64,000 nt of DNA from Bacteroidales bacterium (GTDB lineage: Bacteria; Bacteroidota; Bacteroidia; Bacteroidales; VadinHA17), in NCBI GenBank assembly GCA_009877105.1, contig WXFD01000006.1:155292-219291 (forward strand), given 5' to 3'. The notes under the pieces are model-generated. The model was not told the DNA's origin. It saw only the letters and a list, made by a program, of their open reading frames with translations, and ran no database searches. Numbering within the stretch: position 1 is the stretch's first letter; every line of letters starts with the position of its first letter. A program made the position numbers and the translations under genes. Shown here one piece after another: positions 10,485 through 19,411 of the stretch.

Positions 10485-11384
10485 GTGACTGACTGGAAAG
10501 GAAAAACCCGCGGGGGGTTGGCAGGATATAAGATATTCGTCACAGTTTTAAAATACCTCGGACTTTCTTTCGCATATTTTATTCTTTATTTCGTTGCTTT
10601 TTATTTCCTTTTTGCATCGCGGCAATCATTCGTTAATACATACCGCTTCTACCGCTTCAGGCTCGGCTTTGGATCTGTAAGATCGGTTCTATGTGTTTAC
10701 AGGAACTACTATACTTTCGGACAGGTTCTGCTCGACAAAACAGCCCTCCTTGCCGGTTTCGAAAATAAGTTCACCTTCACCTTTGATGGCGAGGATCACC
10801 TTAGAAACATGGTTGAGTCAGGTACCGGCGGACTGCTGGTAAGCGCACATGTCGGGAATTTTGAAATGGCCGGCAATATGCTTGAAAGACTTGATACACA
10901 AGTGAGTATAATCATGGTCGACGCGGAACATGAGAAAATCCGGGATTATCTTTCAACCCTTACCCGTAAGAGTTTCAATATAATTGCAATAAGGGAGGAT
11001 AATTCGCATATCCGCGAGATTGGCAGGGCCTTTGAAGAAAAGCAGATCGTTTGCATTCATGGCGACAGGTTCGTAAAAGGCAGCAAGATCATTCCCGCCT
11101 CATTCCTGGGCGAACGGGCATTCTTCCCCGGTGGCCCGTTCTACCTGGCCATGAAATTCAATGTCCCGTTGTCGTTTGTTTTTGCAATGAAGGAACCGGG
11201 AAAACACTATCATTTTTATGCAAGCCCTCCAAAAATCTTCAGTCTGCCGGGAAGCCAGCAAAAAAGGGACCTGGTAATAACGCAAATATTAAAAGAGTAT
11301 ATTTGTCAGCTGGAAACAATGACAGGCAGGTATCCTTTGCAATGGTTCAATTATTACAATTTCTGGGCTCCATATGAGCAATAG
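10485..11384 (+). CDS. LpxL/HtrB-like lipid A-type (lysophospholipid) acyltransferase
   Basis: N-terminal TM segment. SAHVGNFE matches the HX4(D/E) motif of late acyltransferases (HxGNWE type). Apparent GTG start; the adjacent ATG at 10483 is followed immediately by TGA. Confidence 0.75.
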   Translation: MTDWKGKTRGGLAGYKIFVTVLKYLGLSFAYFILYFVAFYFLFASRQSFVNTYRFYRFRLGFGSVRSVLCVYRNYYTFGQVLLDKTALLAGFENKFTFTFDGEDHLRNMVESGTGGLLVSAHVGNFEMAGNMLERLDTQVSIIMVDAEHEKIRDYLSTLTRKSFNIIAIREDNSHIREIGRAFEEKQIVCIHGDRFVKGSKIIPASFLGERAFFPGGPFYLAMKFNVPLSFVFAMKEPGKHYHFYASPPKIFSLPGSQQKRDLVITQILKEYICQLETMTGRYPLQWFNYYNFWAPYEQ

Positions 11385-12732
11385 AAGATTATTGCTGGTT
11401 TCAGCAAACAGGTTCACGGTGCCATACCCGGTATACCCTCTCGGGATCTCATACCTCAAGGCATACCTGAATGAGACGATGCCGTCACTGAAGATTGATG
11501 TATTCGATTTTATGACAGGGTCATTTGAAGATTACATAAAACTGCTTCATGAAATAAAACCTGATTTTACGGGAATATCGCTGCGGAACATAGATGATGT
11601 GAATATTTACAGACAGGAAAGTTTTATTTCACATTACAGGCAGATAATAAAAAGCACAAGGGAAAACAGCAGTTCAGTTATAGTAATCGGAGGTTCGGGA
11701 TTTTCAATTTATCCGGAATTGCTTTTTAAGACCCTGGAACCTGATTTCGCAGTATACGGTGAGGGGGAAATCAGTCTTGAAAAATTGCTGTCCGCCATTG
11801 AAAACAACCTCGACTATTCCACCATCGAAGGACTGCTTTACAGGGAACATGACAGGATAGTTTTCAACGAACGCAAGACCTTCTTCAATACTCCCACCCT
11901 GAGTTTTGACAGTGGCATGCTCGACTATTACTGGCAGAACAGCGGCATGCTGAATATCCAGACGAAAAGAGGCTGTCCTTATAACTGCATTTATTGCACA
12001 TATCCGCTTATAGAAGGACACAGGGTGAGAACGATCGATCCCGGCCGTATTGTGAAAACATTAACAGATCTGAAACACAGGTTCAATATAAACTACATCT
12101 TTTTTACCGACTCAGTCTTCAATATAAGCAACAGCTTCAACTACAGGCTGGCAGATAAAATGATCGAAGCTGAACTTGACATCCGGTGGGGAGGCTATTT
12201 CAATTTTGCAAACATCGACTTTAAGCTTCTGGAGAAACTCCGGCAGGCCGGTCTGAAGCATATTGAATTTGGAACAGAATCATTGTCTGACCGGATGCTG
12301 GAAAATTACAGGAAGCCCTTTACAGTATCCGAGGTCCTTGATATTTCCTCAGCCTGCAACGACCTTGAGATCGATTTTGCTCATTTTCTCATTCTTGGAG
12401 GTTACGGAGAAACGGAATCTACCCTGGCAGAGACCTTTGAAAATTCAAAAAAAATCAACCGGACAGTCTTCTTTCCCTTTATCGGTATGAGGATCTATCC
12501 CGGAACCCGGTTACACGAAATTGCTATCGCTGAAAAAGCAGTTAAACCCGACGATCCTTTGCTTGAACCTGTATATTATGTGTCACGGGAGATAGATATT
12601 GATACGTTGAAGGAGAAGGCAAAGCGCACCCAGAAACAGTGGATTTTTCCCGACGAGGACATGTCGTCCGCAATGATGCGGATGAGAAAAAGAAACAGGA
12701 AAGGGCCTCTCTGGGAGTATCTGTTAAAATAA
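11374..12732 (+). CDS. B12-binding-domain radical SAM protein
   Basis: N-terminal Rossmann-like B12-binding-type region followed by CPYNCIYCTYP (CX3CX2C). Overlaps the previous gene by 11 nt. Confidence 0.85.
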   Translation: MSNRRLLLVSANRFTVPYPVYPLGISYLKAYLNETMPSLKIDVFDFMTGSFEDYIKLLHEIKPDFTGISLRNIDDVNIYRQESFISHYRQIIKSTRENSSSVIVIGGSGFSIYPELLFKTLEPDFAVYGEGEISLEKLLSAIENNLDYSTIEGLLYREHDRIVFNERKTFFNTPTLSFDSGMLDYYWQNSGMLNIQTKRGCPYNCIYCTYPLIEGHRVRTIDPGRIVKTLTDLKHRFNINYIFFTDSVFNISNSFNYRLADKMIEAELDIRWGGYFNFANIDFKLLEKLRQAGLKHIEFGTESLSDRMLENYRKPFTVSEVLDISSACNDLEIDFAHFLILGGYGETESTLAETFENSKKINRTVFFPFIGMRIYPGTRLHEIAIAEKAVKPDDPLLEPVYYVSREIDIDTLKEKAKRTQKQWIFPDEDMSSAMMRMRKRNRKGPLWEYLLK

Positions 12733-12741
12733 TCCTGAATC

Positions 12742-13182
12742 ATGGAGCCATCTGATTACGATATACTGGATCTTATTCCCCAGCGCCGTCCCATGCTGAT
12801 GATCGACAGACTTGTGCATGCAGGGGAAAAATACGGGGAAGGTGTTTTTCGTGTCAGGGAATCGAATCCGCTTTGTCTCGGGAAACACCTGTCAGAGGCC
12901 GGGATCCTTGAGTGCATCGCCCAGACTGCTGCTGCATACACCGGTTACTTAAGATTGTCAGCAAAAAAGGATGTTGTCAGGGGTTATATAGGATCGGTAA
13001 AGAACCTTAAAATCCATTTTTTGCCCCGTGCAGGCGATGAAATCAGGGTTGGAATAACCCTCCAGGACGAGGTGCTTGGGTTCACCATTGTAACCGGCAG
13101 GATTGAGTGTCTCGGGAATCTGGTGGCCGAATGCGAAATCAGGATCCTTCTGGAGGAGCACGATATTATCCCGTCGGGTTGA
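12742..13182 (+). CDS. hotdog-fold 3-hydroxyacyl-ACP dehydratase (FabA/FabZ-like)
   Basis: 146 aa. LIPQRRPMLMIDRL... N-terminus and overall pattern typical of the FabZ-like dehydratases found in aryl polyene clusters. Confidence 0.7.
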   Translation: MEPSDYDILDLIPQRRPMLMIDRLVHAGEKYGEGVFRVRESNPLCLGKHLSEAGILECIAQTAAAYTGYLRLSAKKDVVRGYIGSVKNLKIHFLPRAGDEIRVGITLQDEVLGFTIVTGRIECLGNLVAECEIRILLEEHDIIPSG

Positions 13183-13217
13183 ACGGATAATGTTACACTA
13201 AACTGATATCGAATCCT

Positions 13218-13225
13218 TATATTTG
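13218..13225 (+). promoter_or_regulatory. candidate Bacteroidota -7 promoter box (TATATTTG = TAnnTTTG)
   Basis: Exact match to the TAnnTTTG consensus, about 22 nt upstream of the ATG at 13248, in the only sizeable gap (13183-13247) inside the plus-strand operon. No clear -33 TTTG was seen. Confidence 0.3.
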
Positions 13226-13247
13226 CAACTTTATTTACTCTTAAGTG

Positions 13248-13673
13248 ATGAAGGTAAGTGAGGTTCCCCAGGATAAGGGCTACCTGATTGAAGGCAGGAT
13301 AAGCGATCTGAATTATGCCATCGACAATGACGGGAGATATACCAGCCGGCAAAGCCGGGGCTGGAAACCCAAGAATGAAGCTATTAAATTCGCATGGGAC
13401 CAGGTTTATGAACATGCCGGCAAATTGCGGCAGCAGATCCTTGACGGAATCCTGAGCCCCATAGCCCTGTACATGGAGCTTAACCTGATGGATATTTCAA
13501 TCCTGGCAGGTTATACCGGTATCTCGAAAAGAAAAGTAAGAAAACATCTCAGGATGAAAGAGTTTCTTAAACTGCCGAAAGAAATGATCGATCGTTATGC
13601 CGAAGCTCTTAATATTACCGCTGAGGATCTTGTCAACATCGGAAAGATCAGGGAATTCAAATATGAAGATTGA
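13248..13673 (+). CDS. hypothetical protein with C-terminal helix-turn-helix-like segment
   Basis: 141 aa. ILAGYTGISKRKVRKHL looks like an HTH. No other recognisable motif. Confidence 0.5.
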   Translation: MKVSEVPQDKGYLIEGRISDLNYAIDNDGRYTSRQSRGWKPKNEAIKFAWDQVYEHAGKLRQQILDGILSPIALYMELNLMDISILAGYTGISKRKVRKHLRMKEFLKLPKEMIDRYAEALNITAEDLVNIGKIREFKYED

Positions 13674-14667
13674 GTTTGAACACAGGCAGGCGGCTCATTG
13701 CGAGAACGGGGTAACAGCAGGTCTGCTAAGGTACTACGGTATTGACCTGAGTGAGCCAATGGTTTTTGGGACCGGATCGGGCATTTTCTTCTCCCACATG
13801 GTATTCATCAGGGTCAACGAAATGGCTGTGACTTCCTTTCGCGTCTGGCCCGGGGTAATTTTCAAAAGGGTTACCAAACGATTCGGGGTCAGTATAAAAT
13901 GGCGGAAATTTCGCGATCCCGACAAGGCAATGCAGGCGCTTGACAGTTTGCTTGCACGGGGTATTCCTGTAGGAATGCTTGTCGGCGTATTCAATCTTCC
14001 TTATTTTCCAAAGGAATATAGGTTCCATTTCAACGCGCATAATATCACTGTTATTGGAAAGGAGGGTGATAAATATCTTATCAGCGATCCCGTAACCGAA
14101 AACGTTGAGAGCCTTACATATGATGAACTCAAAAAAGTGAGGTTCGCAAAGGGAACGGTTCCCCCGAAGGGCAGAATGTACTATGTTACTTCAATGCCGG
14201 AGAAATTCGATTTAAAATCTGCGATAATAAAGGGAATCCGAAAAACAGCCAATGACATGATCAACATTCCCCTGCCAATGTTTGGCGTGAAGGGTATACG
14301 TTACCTGGCAGGAAAAATGCGGGAATGGCCCTCAAAACTCGGAGACAGGTCAGCTGTAATGAACCTGGGACAGGTTATACGGATGCTTGAGGAAATTGGC
14401 ACGGGAGGTGCCGGATTCAGGTTCATTTATGCCGCCTTTCTCCAGGAAAGCGCCAGGGTATTGCAACTGCCCGTACTTGATGAACTCAGTGTCGAAATGA
14501 CCGGTGCCGGCGACAGGTGGCGGGAATTTGCCTGGCAGGCTTCCCGCTGTTTCAAGAATCGCGACAACGGGGAAATTACATACGATATGCTGGCAGACAT
14601 ACTTTTGGACATTGCAGCAAGGGAAGAAAGGGTCTTCAGGCAGCTCGGACAATTAAAATTCACATGA
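13663..14667 (+). CDS. BtrH_N / DUF4872-like protein (papain-fold acyl-carrier transferase/peptidase-like)
   Basis: From the internal ATG: MKIEFEHRQAAHCENGVTAGLLRYYG, the HCE(N/T)G motif typical of the BtrH N-terminal domain. Overlaps the previous gene by 11 nt, and its stop overlaps the next start (ATGA). Confidence 0.65.
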   Translation: MKIEFEHRQAAHCENGVTAGLLRYYGIDLSEPMVFGTGSGIFFSHMVFIRVNEMAVTSFRVWPGVIFKRVTKRFGVSIKWRKFRDPDKAMQALDSLLARGIPVGMLVGVFNLPYFPKEYRFHFNAHNITVIGKEGDKYLISDPVTENVESLTYDELKKVRFAKGTVPPKGRMYYVTSMPEKFDLKSAIIKGIRKTANDMINIPLPMFGVKGIRYLAGKMREWPSKLGDRSAVMNLGQVIRMLEEIGTGGAGFRFIYAAFLQESARVLQLPVLDELSVEMTGAGDRWREFAWQASRCFKNRDNGEITYDMLADILLDIAAREERVFRQLGQLKFT

Positions 14668-15416
14668 CCATCCGGACCGCAATCGAAATAAAAAACCTGA
14701 CAAAAAGATACAGGGGAAATCCCCAACCTGCTGTAAACGGGGTGAGTCTTGATATAGAAGAAGGCCATTTCTTCGGACTGCTTGGTCCAAACGGTGCAGG
14801 CAAGACCACCATGATAAAGATCATGTGCGGACTGCTTTCACCTTCCTCCGGGGAAGTGACCATAGGAGGCTTATCACTCAGGAAACAGCTGCCTGAAATT
14901 AAAAGATCAATAGGGATTGTACCCCAGGACATCGCTTTGTATTCAACTCTTACTGCCAGGGAAAATCTGAAAATCTTTGGCGGATTATACGGGATTCCTG
15001 CAAGGAAACTGAAAGAGCGCATCGATAAGTGGTTCAGCATCTTTGGGCTTGAAAAAAACCGGGAACAAACAATCGGGTCATACTCCGGAGGTATGAAACG
15101 CAGGCTTAATCTTATTGCCGGTATTCTTCATGAACCGAAGATCCTTTTCCTCGATGAACCTACAGTAGGAATAGACGTACAGTCAAAAAAAGTCATAACC
15201 GAAAACCTCAGGGAAATCAATCAGGGAGGTACAACAATCGTGTATACCTCCCATTACCTCGAGGAAGCGGAAAGTCTTTGCTCTTCCATTGCCATCATTG
15301 ATCAGGGTGTGATAATAATAAAAGGCACAATGGAGGAGATCAGATCGGAAACCAACAATATGTCAAAACTGGAGGATATCTTTCTTCAGCTTACAGGTAT
15401 GGAGCCAAGAGACTGA
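14664..15416 (+). CDS. ABC transporter ATP-binding protein
   Basis: Walker A GPNGAGKTT, signature YSGGMKRR, Walker B ILFLDEPT. The start was moved to MTIRTAIEIKNLTK (ATGA overlap with the upstream stop). Confidence 0.9.
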   Translation: MTIRTAIEIKNLTKRYRGNPQPAVNGVSLDIEEGHFFGLLGPNGAGKTTMIKIMCGLLSPSSGEVTIGGLSLRKQLPEIKRSIGIVPQDIALYSTLTARENLKIFGGLYGIPARKLKERIDKWFSIFGLEKNREQTIGSYSGGMKRRLNLIAGILHEPKILFLDEPTVGIDVQSKKVITENLREINQGGTTIVYTSHYLEEAESLCSSIAIIDQGVIIIKGTMEEIRSETNNMSKLEDIFLQLTGMEPRD

Positions 15417-15417
15417 A

Positions 15418-16695
15418 ATGAAAAGCATCCGGACATTACTGTATAAGGACTTTCTCATCCTGATTCGCGACAAATGGGGACTGGGACTATTATTCGCCAT
15501 GCCAATGGCATTGGTCCTTATCATGACTGCCATGCAGGATACCACATTCAGGTCACTGTACGAGACAGGGATCAACCTGGTCCTTTTGAATAATGATCTC
15601 GATTCCCTGGGCAATGCGGTTGAGAAAGAGATTTCAGGATCGGGGATTTTTAACTGTAACACCTCAATAAACGGCCATAGACCTATAGAGTCAGAAATAC
15701 GTGAAGCCGTTGCTGCCGGAAGGTACCAGATAGGGATCATAATCCCGGCTAACACAACTTCAAGGATTAGGGAACGTGTAAAAACCAGTATGGAAAACAT
15801 CTTCTCGGGCTCTGGCGTCAATCCCGGAAAAACCGACTCCATTTACATTACCCTCCTCCTGGATCCGGCAATCCGGTCATCGCTCCGTACCTACATCCAG
15901 AGTAAGATCAGTGAATATGCATCAAAGATCGAGACCAGGTTTTTCCTGAATGAACTGACCCTGGAAATTAACAGGCAGATGATTGTTTCGGTTGCAAACC
16001 TTAATCTTTTGCAGCCCCAGACGGTAACCTGCAGGGAGGAACTGGTTGCTTTCGGCAACCGGATCGCGATCCCTAACACGGCTCAGCATAATGTTCCTTC
16101 ATGGACATTGTTTGCAATGTTTTTCATAGTGATCCCGTTTGCCGGGGCAATGATTAAGGAGCGGGAGGACGGAAATCTCGAAAGACTGCTTGCAATGCCG
16201 GCCTCCTACGGTTCAATAATGATCTCCAGGGTGCTTGTTTATCTCGTGGTTTGTTTCCTGCAATTTGTTCTGATAATGGCCATGGGGGTTTACCTGTTTC
16301 CTCTTCTGAAACTCCCGTCACTGGTCATTGCCGGAAGAATGCCGGATCTTGCAGCAATGGCTGTTTTTGCTTCCCTTGCAGCGGTAAGTTATGGAATAGC
16401 AATAGGCACCATGGCCCACACACACCAGCAGGCCGCAATTTTCGGATCCGTTTCCGTAATGATTCTGGCTGCCCTGGGAGGAATATGGGTGCCGGTATTC
16501 ATTATGCCCCCGTTTCTCAAGAGTCTGAGTGTTATATCGCCAATGAACTGGGCACTTAACGGCTTCTATGATATACTTGTTCGCAATGCATCGCTTTCCG
16601 GCGTGATCCATTACGGCGTCAGGCTCGTTTTATTTTCGCTCGCGGCTATTCTTGCAGCATTATATTTCAACAGGATTAGAAAAGGACTCACCTGA
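15418..16695 (+). CDS. ABC-2 type transporter permease
   Basis: N-terminal TM helix, a large extracytoplasmic loop, then five C-terminal TM helices. Starts 1 nt after the ATPase stop. Confidence 0.85.
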   Translation: MKSIRTLLYKDFLILIRDKWGLGLLFAMPMALVLIMTAMQDTTFRSLYETGINLVLLNNDLDSLGNAVEKEISGSGIFNCNTSINGHRPIESEIREAVAAGRYQIGIIIPANTTSRIRERVKTSMENIFSGSGVNPGKTDSIYITLLLDPAIRSSLRTYIQSKISEYASKIETRFFLNELTLEINRQMIVSVANLNLLQPQTVTCREELVAFGNRIAIPNTAQHNVPSWTLFAMFFIVIPFAGAMIKEREDGNLERLLAMPASYGSIMISRVLVYLVVCFLQFVLIMAMGVYLFPLLKLPSLVIAGRMPDLAAMAVFASLAAVSYGIAIGTMAHTHQQAAIFGSVSVMILAALGGIWVPVFIMPPFLKSLSVISPMNWALNGFYDILVRNASLSGVIHYGVRLVLFSLAAILAALYFNRIRKGLT

Positions 16696-16834
16696 GAATA
16701 CATGAATTCCCCTTCAGTACAGGGCTGAACTCAATTAATTATGCTGATTGAAAAGAGATTTTTATAAATTTACACCCTGATTTTTGTTTTTCACGGCACT
16801 TTCAGTGTGCCTCGCATACAGGATTCAGATTTTT

Positions 16835-17098
16835 ATGGAAGATTTAATTGCACAGATAAAACAGGATATTATTACCTCATTGTCGCTTGAAGATGTCAGG
16901 ATTGATGATTTCAATGCCGACACCGATCTCTTTGTTACGGGTCTGGGGCTGGATTCAATAGATGCTATTGAGCTTATCCTTCTGATGGAGAAGAAATACG
17001 GGGTAAAGATCGAGGATCCGAGGGAAAGGCGTACCGTTCTGAGAAATGTCAGGACAATGGCAGAGTGCATCTTAAACCACAGAAACACTATCTACTAA
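16835..17098 (+). CDS. acyl carrier protein (second ACP)
   Basis: 87 aa from the internal ATG. GLGLDSIDAIEL is a DSx phosphopantetheinylation motif. Confidence 0.8.
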   Translation: MEDLIAQIKQDIITSLSLEDVRIDDFNADTDLFVTGLGLDSIDAIELILLMEKKYGVKIEDPRERRTVLRNVRTMAECILNHRNTIY

Positions 17099-18288
17099 TG
17101 CAACCGGGGGTTGTAGTCACAGGTATCGGCATTGTATCTGCGATTGGAATCGGCACAGAAGAGACCCTCACATCATTGTTAAATAAAAGATCAGGGATAG
17201 CCCCGGTCCGGTGGCTTGAAACCATTCATTCCGGCATTCCCGTTGCTGAAGTCAGCCATTCCACCGATGAACTGGCTGAAATTGCCGGCACATCCGGGCA
17301 GCCCGGTATTTTTACCCGCAACACTTTACTGGCGATGATTGCTGCAGGACAGTCGGTTGAGATGTCGGAGCCATCCGGTTCCGGACTCGATCAGGCCGGT
17401 CTTGTCATGGCGACTACCGTTGGAGGGATGGATTACAACGAGAAGCACTACCGGTCATTGCTGGCCGGAAAGGAAACAGCAGGCGGGACATCCGTCCTTG
17501 ACAGTTCGGACACCACCGAAAAGCTGGCCGCGCGGTTTGGTATACTTCGCAATGTAACAACAATATCAACCGCCTGCTCCTCCTCTGCAAATGCAATAAT
17601 GCTTGCTTCGAGGCTTATAAGAAACGGGAAGCTGACCAGAGTACTGGCAGGTGGATCTGATGCCCTGACCATATTCACCCTCAACGGGTTCAGGGGACTC
17701 GAATTGCTTTCCCCGACGGGATGCCGGCCTTTCGATGCTCACCGCGACGGACTGACACTCGGAGAAGGTGCCGCCGTTCTCATGCTCGAATCGGATCGTA
17801 CGGCAGATATGTCAAAAGCACTCTGCAGAATATCGGGATATGCCAATGTAAATGAGGCATTTCATCAGACATCAGCATCACCTGACGGAGCAGGGGCTTT
17901 CATGGCCATGTCGGAATGCCTCGAATCAGCAGGCCTTGAACCCTGGGAAATAGGATACATCAATGCCCACGGTACCGGTACTGAAATGAATGACCGGGCC
18001 GAAGCGCTTGCCATTGAACGTCTGTTCGGCAGGAAAATACCTCCCGTAAGCTCCACCAAGGCATTCACCGGTCACACCCTGGGTGCTGCGGGTGCAATCG
18101 AAGCCGTTATCTCTGTCCTGGCAATCAGGGAACAGAAAGTCTGGCCCTCCATCCACATTAATGAGGTCATGCCGGAGATCTCCTTTTTACCGCCAAATGA
18201 TACACTTTCAGTGCCTGTAGGGCATGTCATGTCCAATTCATTTGGTTTTGGCGGAAATAATACATCCCTGATATTCTCGGAAATATGA
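17098..18288 (+). CDS. beta-ketoacyl synthase (KS-alpha-like)
   Basis: ISTACSSSANAI (Cys), NAHGTGTEMND (His), AFTGHTLGAAG (His). The start overlaps the ACP stop (TAATG). Confidence 0.9.
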   Translation: MQPGVVVTGIGIVSAIGIGTEETLTSLLNKRSGIAPVRWLETIHSGIPVAEVSHSTDELAEIAGTSGQPGIFTRNTLLAMIAAGQSVEMSEPSGSGLDQAGLVMATTVGGMDYNEKHYRSLLAGKETAGGTSVLDSSDTTEKLAARFGILRNVTTISTACSSSANAIMLASRLIRNGKLTRVLAGGSDALTIFTLNGFRGLELLSPTGCRPFDAHRDGLTLGEGAAVLMLESDRTADMSKALCRISGYANVNEAFHQTSASPDGAGAFMAMSECLESAGLEPWEIGYINAHGTGTEMNDRAEALAIERLFGRKIPPVSSTKAFTGHTLGAAGAIEAVISVLAIREQKVWPSIHINEVMPEISFLPPNDTLSVPVGHVMSNSFGFGGNNTSLIFSEI

Positions 18289-19355
18289 AAGCTTTTATCA
18301 GATCTGCCGGAATAATTTCGCCGCAGCAGACTTATGACTGCAGAGGATTTCCAGAGGTTTTCAGGGGAGGTATTTCCGACAGGCTTTCCTGCATTGAACC
18401 CGACTACCATTCATTAATCAATCCTGTTCAGCTGCGCCGTATGCCAAGGATCCTGAAAATGGGACTGGCAGCAGCAAGGTTGGCTTTATCGGATCAGGAA
18501 AATGCCGATCCGGATGGGATCATTGTAGGAACCGGACTGGGTTGCCTGAGAAGCCTTGAAACGTTCCTCGATGAAATCTTTGATACAGGTGAGCAGATCA
18601 AAAGTGTGCTGCCGTTCATTAACTCGACTCACAATGCCGTGGCTGCACAGATCGCCATGCTGCTGAAAAACAACAGTTACAACGTCACATATTGTCATCG
18701 CAGCTTTTCCTTTGAAAGTGCACTGGCAGACGCTCTTATGCAATTAAAGGAAAAAAGCGGCATGAATATTCTTGTCGGGGGAATTGACGAACTAACCGAC
18801 GATTTCATAACGCTTCACAGGCCGGAAAGATTCCGTAAAGAACAATTGAATACCCTGGAGCTTGTCTCTGCACCCGATAGGGGTACAATTCCGGGAGAAG
18901 GTGCCGCTTTTTTCCTGATCTCGGATAACAGTGGAAACGGGGCATGTGCAGGCATCAGAGGCGTTCATACATTTCTAACGGACCCACGGTCCGCACAGGA
19001 ACTGATCTTTGCTGAAACTGACAAATTCCTTGAGTCCTCCGGAATGGACCGGAAGGATATCGATCTTGTAATCCTGGGAATGAACGGTGATACGGAGTCT
19101 GATGCTATTTACAAAGAACTTGCCAGGGATTACTTTGATTCATCCACCGGTATCGGCTGTTACAAGCATCTGTGCGGGGAGTATTATACCTCGACGGCCT
19201 TTGCGCTGTGGGCAGCCAAAAACATTCTGGAAACCCGGGCTGTCCCCGGTATGATGGTCCGGAAAGAAACGGGAAGGAAATCAATTGACAAAATACTCAT
19301 ATACAATCATTTCCTCAATACGGAACATTCCTTCATTATTGCGGGGAAAGATTAA
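18285..19355 (+). CDS. KS-like chain-length-factor-type partner (catalytically divergent)
   Basis: KS fold, but GMNGD replaces the HGTGT histidine motif and there is no TACSS-type cysteine motif. ATGA start/stop overlap with the preceding KS. Confidence 0.7.
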   Translation: MKAFIRSAGIISPQQTYDCRGFPEVFRGGISDRLSCIEPDYHSLINPVQLRRMPRILKMGLAAARLALSDQENADPDGIIVGTGLGCLRSLETFLDEIFDTGEQIKSVLPFINSTHNAVAAQIAMLLKNNSYNVTYCHRSFSFESALADALMQLKEKSGMNILVGGIDELTDDFITLHRPERFRKEQLNTLELVSAPDRGTIPGEGAAFFLISDNSGNGACAGIRGVHTFLTDPRSAQELIFAETDKFLESSGMDRKDIDLVILGMNGDTESDAIYKELARDYFDSSTGIGCYKHLCGEYYTSTAFALWAAKNILETRAVPGMMVRKETGRKSIDKILIYNHFLNTEHSFIIAGKD

Positions 19356-19411
19356 TTGCATCCGACACAAATTCTGCTTCCACTCAGGAGGAGTCTTTAA
19401 GTATCTGGAGC

